Positions 17,067-26,578 are shown, numbered from the stretch's first letter. The stretch: 43,601 nt of DNA from an uncultured Candidatus Saccharibacteria bacterium (GCA_964495335.1 CAZBVF010000004.1:1-43601); one strand, 5' to 3'. The notes: a model not told the origin generated them from the sequence alone. Numbers and translations are program-made.

Positions 17067-18284
17067 ATGAAAAAATTATTACTAATGGTGGTTGATGGTT
17101 TGAGTGAAAGACCTTTGCCCGAACTTGATAACAAAACTCCTTTGGAGAAAGCTCAAACTCCTAATTTTGATCGAATGGCAAAAGAGGGAATTTGTGGCGA
17201 AGTTTCTCCTTTTTGGTTTCCCGAACAAAAATATCCCAGATCTGACACTGCTCATCTGGGCCTTTTTGGTTATGACCCTTCAAAATATTATTTGAACCGG
17301 GGTCCTTATGAAGCAGCGGGAGCAGGAGCAGAATTGAAAGAGGGGGATATAGCTTTGAGGGCTAACTTTGGAACGGTTGATGAGAATTTAAAAATTATTG
17401 ACAGGAGAGCCGGAAGGATAAAAGAAACCGATTCTTTGGTTAAGGCTCTTTCGGAAATAGAAGAAATAAGAGGGGTTAAGTTTTTGATTACAAAATCATG
17501 GGGGCATAGAGCAGTTCTTGTTATTAGAGGGGAAAATCTTTCAAATGAGATTGAAGATCCCGATCCCCACGAGACAGGGATGAAAGTCGGGAAAGTAAAA
17601 TTTTTAAAAAAAGAAGCTGAATTTACTGCTTCCGTACTGACAGAATATCTTGAAAAAGCAGCTTATATTTTAAAGAATCATCCTTTAAATAGAAAAAGAG
17701 AAAAAGAAGGGAAGTTACCCGGTAATTATCTTTTGCTCAGGGGAGCGGGTAAAATTAAAGATACTCCTTCTTTTGAAGAAATGCACAACCTTAAATCAGC
17801 TTGTATTGCCGGGGGAGCTCTTTATAAAGGGATAGCCGAAATTGTTGGTATGGATCTAATAAATGTTGAAGGAGCCAATGGTTTTCCTAATACAAATATA
17901 TTGGGAAAATTCAAAAAAGCAAAAGAGCTTTTAAATGAAAGCGAATATAATTTCATTTTCCTTCATATTAAAGCTCCTGATAATTTGGCTGAAAGCGGAA
18001 AATACAAAGAGAAAATGAGTTTTATTGAAAGAATGGACAAAGAATCACTTCCCCTTTTTGAAATTAAAAATACGTTAATAGCTGTTACAGCAGATCATTG
18101 CACTTGCTGTAATTTAAAACGACATTGCGTTGGGGAAGTTCCTCTTTTAATTTCCGGGGACGGGGAAGATTCGATTGAAAGCTTTTCTGAGAAAGATTGC
18201 AAAAAAGGAGGCTTGGGTAAAATAGAAAGTCTTGATCTTATGAAAAAACTTATTGCTCTTGCAAGAGATGATAAGCCTTTTTAA
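17067..18284 (+). CDS. apgM: Cofactor-independent phosphoglycerate mutase, archaeal type
   Basis: 405 aa. N-terminus LLMVVDGLSERP...KTPLEKAQTPNFDRMAKEG and the C-terminal TADHCT metalloenzyme motif. Confidence 0.85.
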   Translation: MKKLLLMVVDGLSERPLPELDNKTPLEKAQTPNFDRMAKEGICGEVSPFWFPEQKYPRSDTAHLGLFGYDPSKYYLNRGPYEAAGAGAELKEGDIALRANFGTVDENLKIIDRRAGRIKETDSLVKALSEIEEIRGVKFLITKSWGHRAVLVIRGENLSNEIEDPDPHETGMKVGKVKFLKKEAEFTASVLTEYLEKAAYILKNHPLNRKREKEGKLPGNYLLLRGAGKIKDTPSFEEMHNLKSACIAGGALYKGIAEIVGMDLINVEGANGFPNTNILGKFKKAKELLNESEYNFIFLHIKAPDNLAESGKYKEKMSFIERMDKESLPLFEIKNTLIAVTADHCTCCNLKRHCVGEVPLLISGDGEDSIESFSEKDCKKGGLGKIESLDLMKKLIALARDDKPF

Positions 18285-18291
18285 AAAATTA

Positions 18292-18319
18292 TTGATTAGT
18301 TGATTTCTTGTGATATAAT
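18292..18319 (+). promoter_or_regulatory. Sigma70 promoter TTGATT-16-TGaTATAAT placed for a near-leaderless mRNA
   Basis: -35 at 18292..18297, consensus -10 TATAAT at 18314..18319. ATG at 18329. Confidence 0.5.
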
Positions 18320-18328
18320 TTAAATAAT

Positions 18329-19300
18329 ATGAACAAAATTTTTAAAAAACCATTACTAATAATTTTACTTGTGATAATAATTTTAATTGCTGTCTCTTTT
18401 TTTGCATTTAAGAAAATGGGAGACAAAGATATCTCTCTTTCCAGTCAAGAAGTATCAGAAAAAGCTGTGGAATATATTAATGAGAATTTAACTTCTGAGC
18501 CAGTTACTCTCATCAGCACGGAAGAGGAAAGCGGATTGTATAAAATTAAAGTTGATATTCAGGGCCAGGAATATGATCTATATGCCAGCAAAGACGGAAA
18601 TCTTTTGTTTCTTGATTCTATCAGCATGGTGCCCCCCGAGTTAAAAGAAATTGCCAAAACAGAGACTCCGGAAGTTCGCCTCTTTGTTATGTCTTTTTGC
18701 CCTTATGGAAATTTGGCAGAGGGAATCATGAACCCCGTTGAAGAATTATTGGGAGATGAAGCTGACATCAAATTAAATTACATAATTTATTCTGATTATG
18801 CTTCCGGATATCCTGAGTATTGTTTTGACGAAGAAGATATTTATTGTTCTATGCACGGAATAGAAGAATTAAATCAGAATATTAGAGAATCTTGTGTTCA
18901 GAAATATCAACCTGAAAAGCTTTGGGATTTTGTTATGGAGGTAAATGAAAATGCAGACTCAACTAATGTTGAGGAAAAATGGGAAGAAATTGCTCAAAGA
19001 ACTGATGTTGACGTTGAGAAAGTTAAGGAATGTCAAGAGAATGAGACAAAAGATATTTTAGTTCGAGAGCTTGAGCTTAATAAGAAGAATTATCCGGTTC
19101 AAGATCCTTCTCGTCACGAAGGCATGGAAGAAACTCCAATATCCGGTTCCCCGACTCTTGTGATAAACGGAACGGTTTATGACGGGGAAAGGAGTTCTCA
19201 GGGATATAAAGAAGCGATTTGTTCTGCTTTCTTGAATCCTCCTCCCGAATGCGACCAGGAGATTGAAGAAAGCGAATCTACCGTGGAAGGAGAATGCTAA
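18329..19300 (+). CDS. Membrane-anchored, Cys-rich DsbA/thioredoxin-fold protein with a CPYG (single-Cys) active-site motif
   Basis: 323 aa. N-terminal TM, FVMSFCPYGN in place of CxxC, cis-Pro region GSPTLVING, and further Cys residues in the exported part. Confidence 0.6.
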   Translation: MNKIFKKPLLIILLVIIILIAVSFFAFKKMGDKDISLSSQEVSEKAVEYINENLTSEPVTLISTEEESGLYKIKVDIQGQEYDLYASKDGNLLFLDSISMVPPELKEIAKTETPEVRLFVMSFCPYGNLAEGIMNPVEELLGDEADIKLNYIIYSDYASGYPEYCFDEEDIYCSMHGIEELNQNIRESCVQKYQPEKLWDFVMEVNENADSTNVEEKWEEIAQRTDVDVEKVKECQENETKDILVRELELNKKNYPVQDPSRHEGMEETPISGSPTLVINGTVYDGERSSQGYKEAICSAFLNPPPECDQEIEESESTVEGEC

Positions 19301-19307
19301 TTTATTT

Positions 19308-19556
19308 ATGGATAAAAACAAAAAAGTAAAAGTATATAGTACTCCCGTTTGTCCTTTTTGCGTTACCTTGAAAGAGTTTTTGAAAAAGAAAGGAGTTGAT
19401 TTTGAAGATGTTAACATTGTTGAAGACGAGGAAGCGAGAGATAGAATGGTTGAAAAAACAGGACAGAGAGGAGTCCCGGTTTTGGAAGCGGAAGGAGAGT
19501 TTATTACCGGTTTTAATAAGAAAAAAATCTGTAAAATATTAAATATTGAAGAATAA
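19308..19556 (+). CDS. Glutaredoxin/NrdH-like small redoxin (CPFC)
   Basis: 82 aa from the internal ATG of ORF 19263. KVYSTPVCPFC...GVPVL...GF is a classic glutaredoxin fold signature. Confidence 0.8.
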   Translation: MDKNKKVKVYSTPVCPFCVTLKEFLKKKGVDFEDVNIVEDEEARDRMVEKTGQRGVPVLEAEGEFITGFNKKKICKILNIEE

Positions 19557-19558
19557 AA

Positions 19559-20581
19559 ATGATTAAAGTTGCCATAAATGGATTTGGGAGAATAGGCAGA
19601 ACCGTTTTTAAAAATATACTTAGCAGCCACCCTGAGTTGGAGGTGGTAGCTATTAATGATCTAGTGGATCCGAAAAATCTAAGCCATCTTTTGAAATACG
19701 ATTCAAATTATGGAGTTTACGGGAATTCTGTTGATAGCGGGAAAGATTATTTGTTGATAGGAGGGAAGAGCGGGGGCGAAAAAATAAAAGTTTTTAGAGA
19801 AAAAGATCCTGAAAATTTACCTTGGAAAGAATTGGAAGTTGATGTGGTTTTGGAATGTACGGGATTTTTCAGAGACAGGGAAGGCGCTAGCAAGCACTTG
19901 AAAGCGGGAAGCAAGAAGGTTATTATTTCAGCACCTGCCAAGGACGAAAACATTCCTTCTTTTGTTTTGGGTGTTAACGAGCAAGAATTGAAAAAAGAAG
20001 ACAATATTATAGATATGGGGTCTTGTACAACCAATTGTCTTGCTCCTATAGTTCATGTTTTAAATAAAGAGTTTGAAATTTTAAAAGGCTTTATGACCAC
20101 TATTCACAGCTATACGAGCAATCAGAAAATTCTTGATGCTCCCCATAAAGACTTAAGAAGAGGAAGATCTGCTGGAGTAAATTTTTTCCCGACAAGCACG
20201 GGTGCTGCTCAAGCGATTGGGAAAGTTATACCTGAACTAAAAGGAAAGCTGGACGGAATTGCTGTTCGTGTTCCCACTCCTGTTGTCTCCATGATTGACC
20301 TTGTTTTTGAGGTTAAAAAAGAAACAACGGCTGAAGAGGTAAACTATATTCTAAAAAAATCTTCTTCTGGAAAATCCTTGAGCGGAATTTTAGGAGTTGA
20401 AGATGCTCTTTTGGTCTCGTCTGACTATATAGGAAACTCTTATTCTTCCATAGTGGATGCAGAAAACACAAGAGTAATTGAAAATAATATGGTTAAAATT
20501 CTTTCATGGTATGACAATGAATACGGATATTCTTGCCGGTTAGCTGATTTTGCTTCTTTTATGGGAAATAAATTCAATTAA
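19559..20581 (+). CDS. gap: Glyceraldehyde-3-phosphate dehydrogenase, type I
   Basis: INGFGRIGR, the active-site SCTTNCLAP, and WYDNEYGYS. Confidence 0.95.
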   Translation: MIKVAINGFGRIGRTVFKNILSSHPELEVVAINDLVDPKNLSHLLKYDSNYGVYGNSVDSGKDYLLIGGKSGGEKIKVFREKDPENLPWKELEVDVVLECTGFFRDREGASKHLKAGSKKVIISAPAKDENIPSFVLGVNEQELKKEDNIIDMGSCTTNCLAPIVHVLNKEFEILKGFMTTIHSYTSNQKILDAPHKDLRRGRSAGVNFFPTSTGAAQAIGKVIPELKGKLDGIAVRVPTPVVSMIDLVFEVKKETTAEEVNYILKKSSSGKSLSGILGVEDALLVSSDYIGNSYSSIVDAENTRVIENNMVKILSWYDNEYGYSCRLADFASFMGNKFN

Positions 20582-20587
20582 AATCTT

Positions 20588-21157
20588 ATGATAAAAATTC
20601 CGGTAGAAGTTTCGGCTCGCCATATTCATATTTCAAAAGATGATTTGGAATTTCTTTTTGGCTCCGGATTTGAGCTTGAAAAAGAAAAATCATTAACTCA
20701 GGGAAATGACTTTGCCACAAAAGAAAAGGTAAATTTAATAAAAGGAGGAGAAAGGATTGAAGGAGTAAGAATTTTAGGTCCTTTAAGGGAGGAAACCCAA
20801 GTGGAAATTTCAAGAACTGATGCCTATTCTTTGAAAACGAACCCCCCTTTAAGGCTTTCGGGAGATCTTGAGGGAAGCGGAAGTATAACAATAGAAGGAC
20901 CGGTTGGTAGAATGGATCTGGGAAAAGGAGTGATTGTTGCTAAAAGACATCTTCATTGTAATCCAGAGGATGCAAAAAAGCTAAGAGTTAAAAATGGTGA
21001 TTCTATTTCGGTAAAAATAGAAGGAGAGAGATCCTTAATTTTCAATAAAGTGATTGTCAGGGTTGATGAAAAATTTTCCCTGTCAATGCATATTGATACG
21101 GACGAAGGAAATGCTGCGGGGATTGAAAAAGAAGGTTTTGGGACGATAGTCAGATAA
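20588..21157 (+). CDS. pduL: PduL-type phosphate acyltransferase (phosphotransacetylase substitute)
   Basis: 189 aa. Duplicated motif pattern VSARHIHIS ... RILGPLR..TQVEISRTDA ... AKRHLHCNP ... MHIDTDEGNA. Confidence 0.8.
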   Translation: MIKIPVEVSARHIHISKDDLEFLFGSGFELEKEKSLTQGNDFATKEKVNLIKGGERIEGVRILGPLREETQVEISRTDAYSLKTNPPLRLSGDLEGSGSITIEGPVGRMDLGKGVIVAKRHLHCNPEDAKKLRVKNGDSISVKIEGERSLIFNKVIVRVDEKFSLSMHIDTDEGNAAGIEKEGFGTIVR

Positions 21158-21165
21158 TCAATTTT

Positions 21166-21194
21166 TTGATTTTATTCTTTAAAGATGAGATAAT
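21166..21194 (+). promoter_or_regulatory. Putative promoter TTGATT-17-TGaGATAAT upstream of ackA
   Basis: -35 at 21166..21171, -10 GATAAT at 21189..21194. Confidence 0.35.
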
Positions 21195-21225
21195 AAAAGA
21201 GTAATTTAAAGTTATTCTTTTTTTT

Positions 21226-22239
21226 ATGATATTAGTTTTAAACTGCGGGAGCCAATCTATAAAATGGAAGTTATTTGACTTGAATTTAAAGGTTTTGAAA
21301 GAAAGGGAAGTCAGTGTTTTTAATCAAAAGTTGTTTGGAAAAAAATTGAAAGAAGAGCTAAGTTTTTTGAAAAATCAGAATATTGACTATATCGGCCATA
21401 GAGTTGTTCACGGAGGGGAAAAATTTAAAGAAACAGTTTTTATTGGAAAAAAAGACATTAAAAAGTTAGAAAAATTGAATGATTTCGCTCCTCTGCACAA
21501 TCCTTTTAATGTTTTAGGAATTAAAAGTGCGATAAGTTTTTTTAAAAAATCAAAACAGGTTGCTGTCTTTGACACTGAATTTTATAAAAATCTTCCCCAA
21601 AAATCATATATTTATCCCTTGCCTGGAAACATCAGAAAAAAAGGATTTAAGAGATTCGGATTTCATGGGATCTCTCACGAATATGCTGCCCAAGTAGCAT
21701 CAGAAGAAGAGGGAATTAATTTTAAAAAAGCGAAAATTATCAGTTGTCATTTAGGAGGAGGTTCAAGTATTACAGCAATTAACAGAGGAAAAGCAATTGA
21801 CACTTCCATGGGGTTTACCCCTCTTGAGGGATTAATGATGATGACGAGAACGGGAGATATCGATCCGGGAATCGTTTTGGAAATTTGTAAAGATTACGGA
21901 TATCAAAAAGCTAAAAAAGTTCTTTATTCAGAATCGGGAATAAAAGGAATCTCCGGGATTTCAAACATGATCGATCTTTTTAAAGAAATTAAGAAAGGAA
22001 ATAAAAAAGCAAAGCTTGCTTTTGATATTTTTATTTACAGAATAAAAAAATATATTGGCTCTTACTACGCTATTTTAGGAGGTTGTGACTTAATTGTTTT
22101 CACGGGAACGATAGGATCAGGCAAGGCAAAAACCAGAAATGCGGTGCTTTCCAATCTGCCTTTTTTAACAAAAACAAGAGTTATAAAGCCTGACGAGGAA
22201 AGGGCAATCGCTAAAAAAGTAATTAAATTAATTAAATAA
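21226..22239 (+). CDS. ackA: Acetate kinase (compact, 337 aa)
   Basis: LVLNCGSQSIK, GHRVVHGG, FAPLHNP, VFDT.F, FHGISH, HLGGGSS, TSMGFTPLEG, RTGDIDPG and VFTG.IG are all present. Confidence 0.9.
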   Translation: MILVLNCGSQSIKWKLFDLNLKVLKEREVSVFNQKLFGKKLKEELSFLKNQNIDYIGHRVVHGGEKFKETVFIGKKDIKKLEKLNDFAPLHNPFNVLGIKSAISFFKKSKQVAVFDTEFYKNLPQKSYIYPLPGNIRKKGFKRFGFHGISHEYAAQVASEEEGINFKKAKIISCHLGGGSSITAINRGKAIDTSMGFTPLEGLMMMTRTGDIDPGIVLEICKDYGYQKAKKVLYSESGIKGISGISNMIDLFKEIKKGNKKAKLAFDIFIYRIKKYIGSYYAILGGCDLIVFTGTIGSGKAKTRNAVLSNLPFLTKTRVIKPDEERAIAKKVIKLIK

Positions 22240-22241
22240 TT

Positions 22242-24632
22242 ATGCAAAAAAAAGAAAAAAATATTCTTTGGTTTAAAGATCTTTCTTCCGAAGACACTCC
22301 TTTGGTTGGGGGGAAAAATGCTTCTCTCGGTGAAATGTATTCTGAGTTGAAAAAGAAAGGAGTTAATATTTCAAATGGTTTTGCTTTAACATCCAGAGCT
22401 TACTGGTATTTTTTAAAAGAAAACAAAATTGATGAGAAAATAAAAGAAGCTTTCAAGGCTTTTAATCCTGAAAGCATTAAAAGTTTGCAAAAAACAGGGG
22501 AAAAAGTTCGCAGCCTTATATTAAAAAGTGAATTTCCCGAAGACTTGAAAGAAGAAATTATTGAAAACTACAAGAAACTTTCCAAAGAATATAAAGAGAA
22601 AAATACCGATACTGCGGTTCGTTCTTCAGCGACAGCAGAAGATCTTCCCACGGCGAGTTTTGCGGGCCAACATGAGACCTTTTTGAATGTTTCGGGAGAG
22701 AAAGAGGTTTTAAAGTCCGCTAAAAAGTGCATGGCTTCACTTTTTACCAACAGAGCAATTTCTTACAGAGAGCAAAAGGGATTTGGCCATTTAGACATTG
22801 CTTTGTCTGTTGGAATATCTAAAATGGTCAGGTCTGACTTGGCTTCTTCGGGGATAATGTTTAGCGTTGATACTGAAACCGGATTTAAGGATGTAGTTTT
22901 GATTAACTCTGTTTGGGGCATTGGAGAAATGATTGTTCAGGGAAGAATTACTCCTGACAATTTTTACGTTTTCAAGCCGACCCTGAAAAAAGGATTTGAT
23001 TCCATTATCGTTAAAAACCTTGGGAGGAAATCCAAAAAATATGTTTACGGTAAAAAAGGAGGATTAAAAGAAGAGACTGTCTCTGATAAAAAGAAACTTG
23101 AATTTTCTCTTTCCGATAAAGAGATTCTAACTCTTTCTAAGTGGGCTTGTTTAATTGAAGAACATTATTCAAACAAGTTTGGCAAATGGATGCCCCAAGA
23201 CATAGAGTGGGCAAAAGACGGGAAAACGGGAGAGCTTTTCATTGTTCAGTCAAGACCCGAAACGGTTCACTCTCTGGAAAAGAAAAAAGAATACAAGGAT
23301 TATAAAATTGACTCTTCCAAAAAACCTATTTTAGAAGGAATAGCCATTGGAGATAAAATAGGAAAAGGGAAAGTCAGAGTGATTAACGATGTTTCTAAAA
23401 TTGCCACTTTTAAAAAGGGAGAGGTGTTGGTTACTAAAATGACTGATCCGGACTGGACGAGCATTATGGGAATGGCTTCTGCAATTATTACCGATGAAGG
23501 GGGGAAGACTTGTCATAGTGCTATTATCTCAAGAGAGCTTGGAATACCTTGTATTGTGGGAACCGGGAGTGCGAGCGAAGTTTTAAAAAATGGAGATAAG
23601 GTTACTATTGACTGTACTCAGGGATTGAGAGGAAGAGTTTTTAAGGGAGATGTTCCTTTTAAGGTTAAAAAATACAAATTAGAAGAAGGAAAGAAGTTAA
23701 AAACTAAAATCATGATGAATGTGGGAGCTCCGGAAATTGCTTTTAAAAACTCTTTTCTTCCCAACGAAGGAGTAGGTTTGGCCAGAGAGGAGTTTATAAT
23801 AGCTGAGAAGATAAGAGTTCATCCTTTGGCTCTTTATCATTTTAAAAATCTTAAAGATAAAAAACTAAAAAAGAAAATAGAGGAAATAACGGTCGAACAC
23901 AAAGATAAAAGAGAATTTTTTGTCAAAGAATTGGCTGAAGGAGTAGCTCAAATTGCTGCTGCTTTTTACCCAAAAGAAGTGATAGTAAGGCTTTCCGATT
24001 TTAAAACCAACGAATACAGAAATTTAATCGGGGGAAATCTTTTTGAAAAAGAAGAATCTAATCCAATGTTAGGATTTAGAGGGGCTTCAAGATATACGGA
24101 TAAAGAATTCCAGCCTGCTTTCAAAATGGAGCTTGAGGCAATAAAAAGGGTTAGAAATGTTTTTGGTCTTGATAATGTTTCTTTAATGGTTCCTTTTTGC
24201 AGAACTGCTGAGGAAGGGAAAAAGACTCTGGATTTAATTAAAGCTTCGGGGTTGAGAAAGAAAAAGAAAGATTTGAAAGTTTATGTGATGTGCGAGATTC
24301 CTTCTAATGTTGTTTCTGTTAAAGAGTTTTTGAAAATATTTGACGGTTGTTCTATCGGGAGCAATGACTTGACTCAATTGGTTTTGGGAATTGACAGAGA
24401 TAATGCTTCTTTGCAAAAAATTGGAGACGAAAGAAATCCGGCTGTGAAAGAAATGATAAAAGACGTTATCCGTGCTTGTAAAAAGGAAAATAAGTATTGT
24501 GGTATTTGCGGTCAGGCTCCGAGCGATTACCCTGAATTTGCCGCCTTCTTATTCAAAGAAGGGATTGAAAGTATGTCTCTAAATCCGGATACGGTTGTTA
24601 AAACTATCCTAGAACTTAGGAAAATAAAGTAA
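22242..24632 (+). CDS. ppsA: Phosphoenolpyruvate synthase (pyruvate, water dikinase)
   Basis: 796 aa. N-terminal ATP-grasp (VGGKNASLGEM), phospho-His domain (TDEGGKTCHSAIISRELGIP), and C-terminal PEP-utilising domain (GSNDLTQL). Confidence 0.9.
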   Translation: MQKKEKNILWFKDLSSEDTPLVGGKNASLGEMYSELKKKGVNISNGFALTSRAYWYFLKENKIDEKIKEAFKAFNPESIKSLQKTGEKVRSLILKSEFPEDLKEEIIENYKKLSKEYKEKNTDTAVRSSATAEDLPTASFAGQHETFLNVSGEKEVLKSAKKCMASLFTNRAISYREQKGFGHLDIALSVGISKMVRSDLASSGIMFSVDTETGFKDVVLINSVWGIGEMIVQGRITPDNFYVFKPTLKKGFDSIIVKNLGRKSKKYVYGKKGGLKEETVSDKKKLEFSLSDKEILTLSKWACLIEEHYSNKFGKWMPQDIEWAKDGKTGELFIVQSRPETVHSLEKKKEYKDYKIDSSKKPILEGIAIGDKIGKGKVRVINDVSKIATFKKGEVLVTKMTDPDWTSIMGMASAIITDEGGKTCHSAIISRELGIPCIVGTGSASEVLKNGDKVTIDCTQGLRGRVFKGDVPFKVKKYKLEEGKKLKTKIMMNVGAPEIAFKNSFLPNEGVGLAREEFIIAEKIRVHPLALYHFKNLKDKKLKKKIEEITVEHKDKREFFVKELAEGVAQIAAAFYPKEVIVRLSDFKTNEYRNLIGGNLFEKEESNPMLGFRGASRYTDKEFQPAFKMELEAIKRVRNVFGLDNVSLMVPFCRTAEEGKKTLDLIKASGLRKKKKDLKVYVMCEIPSNVVSVKEFLKIFDGCSIGSNDLTQLVLGIDRDNASLQKIGDERNPAVKEMIKDVIRACKKENKYCGICGQAPSDYPEFAAFLFKEGIESMSLNPDTVVKTILELRKIK

Positions 24633-24638
24633 TGGGGG

Positions 24639-24667
24639 TTGACCAAATCATCTTTTTCTGATATTTT
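24639..24667 (+). promoter_or_regulatory. Putative promoter TTGACC-17-TATTTT upstream of infA
   Basis: -35 at 24639..24644, -10 at 24662..24667 preceded by TGa. ATG at 24679. Confidence 0.35.
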
Positions 24668-24678
24668 AGTTTTGTTTA

Positions 24679-24906
24679 ATGATTTCAGAAAAAACTAAAA
24701 AAGTCTTTCGTAAAAGTGGCCAAGTCCTGGAAGCACTACCAGGGACTTTGTTTAGAGTAAAATTGGACGAAGGAGATTTAATCCTGGCTCATTTAGCGGG
24801 CAAGCTTAGAGTTCACAGGATAAAAGTTTTACCCGGAGACAGAGTTACAGTTGAAATGACTCCCTATGATGATACAAAAGGGAGGATAGTTTATAGAGGA
24901 AAATAA
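24679..24906 (+). CDS. infA: Translation initiation factor IF-1
   Basis: 75 aa. [17 protein letters not shown]...[18 protein letters not shown]...GRIVYR. Confidence 0.95.
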   Translation: MISEKTKKVFRKSGQVLEALPGTLFRVKLDEGDLILAHLAGKLRVHRIKVLPGDRVTVEMTPYDDTKGRIVYRGK

Positions 24907-24910
24907 TAAA

Positions 24911-25024
24911 ATGAAAATAAGATCATCAGTAAAAAAAATTTGTAAGGATTGTAAGGTTGTTCGTCGAAAGGGAAGAGTTCGTGTTATTTGCAAAAATCCA
25001 AAACATAAACAAAAACAAGGATAA
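24911..25024 (+). CDS. rpmJ: 50S ribosomal protein L36
   Basis: Not in the ORF track because it is only 37 aa. I translated it by hand as [37 protein letters not shown]. Canonical position between infA and rpsM. Confidence 0.9.
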   Translation: MKIRSSVKKICKDCKVVRRKGRVRVICKNPKHKQKQG

Positions 25025-25026
25025 TT

Positions 25027-25416
25027 ATGCCAAGAATAGCAGGGATAAATATTCCCGATGACAAACAAATAAAAATTGCTTTAACCTATATTCACGGAAT
25101 AGGAAGTTCTTTAAGTGAAGAAATTCTTTCAAAGGCCAACGTTAAACCTTCAATCAAGGCTTCGGAAATAAAACCTGACGAGATTAATAGGTTAAGAGAG
25201 ATTATTGAGAAAGAATATAAAATTGAGGGAGACTTGAGGAGGGAAAAAATGATGTCTATTAAGAGAATGAAAGATATCGGATGCTGGAAAGGGATGCGCC
25301 ATGCTAAGAATCTTCCCGCAAGAGGCCAGAGAACTAAAAGCAATAGCAGGACAATCAGAGGTAATGTAAGAAGAACGGTGGGCTCGGGAAGGAAGCCGGC
25401 TCCAACACCAAAATAA
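25027..25416 (+). CDS. rpsM: 30S ribosomal protein S13
   Basis: MPRIAGINIP...KIALTYIHGIG. Confidence 0.95.
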   Translation: MPRIAGINIPDDKQIKIALTYIHGIGSSLSEEILSKANVKPSIKASEIKPDEINRLREIIEKEYKIEGDLRREKMMSIKRMKDIGCWKGMRHAKNLPARGQRTKSNSRTIRGNVRRTVGSGRKPAPTPK

Positions 25417-25426
25417 TAAATTAATT

Positions 25427-25876
25427 ATGGGAAAAAAGAGAATTATTAGTAAAACAGAAGAAGAGCTTTTAAAGGAAAGAGAGGGAGTAGAAAAAAAACT
25501 GGAAAAAAGCGCAAAATTTTCATCCTCAAACGTTAAAGAGGGGAGAATTTATATTAATTCTACTTATAATAATATTATTATTACCTTAACTGATCCTAAC
25601 GGTAACGCTTTGGCTCAAACAAGCGCTGGTAAAATAGGATTTAAGGGAACCAAAAAAGCAACTCCCTTCGCAGCATCAAAGGTGGCAGGAGGAATGATTG
25701 ATATTTTAAATAGGATGAAAATTAAGAAAGTATCCATTTTTGTCAAAGGAGTTGGTTCGGGAAGAGACTCTGCGTTGAGATCATTCGGTTCCAGAGATAT
25801 TGAAATAGAATTAATTAAAGATTTAACCCCTGTTCCTCATAACGGATGCAGGCCTCCCAAAGTAAGACGTGTTTAA
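25427..25876 (+). CDS. rpsK: 30S ribosomal protein S11 (N-terminally extended)
   Basis: GRIYINSTYNNIIITLTD.NGN...GFKG.KK.TPFAA...GVGSGRDSALR...I.D.TP.PHNGCRPPK.RR. Confidence 0.95.
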   Translation: MGKKRIISKTEEELLKEREGVEKKLEKSAKFSSSNVKEGRIYINSTYNNIIITLTDPNGNALAQTSAGKIGFKGTKKATPFAASKVAGGMIDILNRMKIKKVSIFVKGVGSGRDSALRSFGSRDIEIELIKDLTPVPHNGCRPPKVRRV

Positions 25877-25878
25877 TT

Positions 25879-26514
25879 ATGAGTGCTGAATCAAAAAAAT
25901 GTAAAGTATGTAGAAGGCAAGGAGAAAAACTTTTCCTTAAAGGAGAAAAGTGTTTTTCTGTTAAGTGTCCCATAAACAAAAAACCTTATCCTCCCGGAGC
26001 AAAAGGGAAAAGAAGAACTAAGTCGCTTTCCGAATATGGGAAAGAATTAAAAGAAAAACAAAAGATTAAAAATTGGTATAATTTGAGCGAACACCAATTC
26101 AGAAATTATATAAAAGAAGCTTTAAGAAAAAGAAAAAGCAATGAGAACTCGGCTGAATTTCTGATTCAAGAATTAGAATCAAGAATGGACAATGTTGTTC
26201 TAAAACTTGGACTTGCCTCTTCTCATTCTCACGCAAGACAAATGGTTTCTCACGGACATTTTTTGATAAACGAAAAACCCATAAATATCCCTTCATACAA
26301 ATTAAAAGTCGGGGATAAGGTTTCTGTGAGAAAAAATTCGGTCGGAAAAAATGTTTTCAAAGACATCACTTTAAATATTAAAAAACATCAGGCTCCTTCT
26401 TGGCTTAAACTAGACAAAACGAAGCTTGAAGGAGAAGTTACCGGAAAGCCTAGCCTGGAGGAAGTAAATCCCCCGGCAGAAATATCTTCAATATTTGAGT
26501 TTTATTCTCGCTAA
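25879..26514 (+). CDS. rpsD: 30S ribosomal protein S4 (with zinc-ribbon-like CKVC...C..C N-terminus)
   Basis: Internal ATG of ORF 25846, 2 nt after the rpsK stop. Motifs SEYGKELKEKQK and RMDNVVLKLGLASSHSHARQMVSHGHFLIN. Confidence 0.95.
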   Translation: MSAESKKCKVCRRQGEKLFLKGEKCFSVKCPINKKPYPPGAKGKRRTKSLSEYGKELKEKQKIKNWYNLSEHQFRNYIKEALRKRKSNENSAEFLIQELESRMDNVVLKLGLASSHSHARQMVSHGHFLINEKPINIPSYKLKVGDKVSVRKNSVGKNVFKDITLNIKKHQAPSWLKLDKTKLEGEVTGKPSLEEVNPPAEISSIFEFYSR

Positions 26515-26578
26515 TTAACCATTCAAACGTTTAAACATCCGAAAACTTGTTTATACGTTTAATAAATCAAAATAATTT

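Noticed and set aside
19058-19630. 190-aa minus-strand ORF spanning the thioredoxin-fold, glutaredoxin and gap genes
   Set aside because: It is antisense to three well-supported genes. The translation is a low-complexity F/S/L-rich sequence typical of the complement of AT-rich coding DNA, and no start context supports it.
26515-26578. Palindromes AAACGTTT and GTTTAAAC, and the repeated ACGTTTA, in the rpsD-rpoA spacer as a regulatory operator
   Set aside because: They are short AT-rich palindromes with no supporting promoter or terminator geometry, so I cannot distinguish them from chance.
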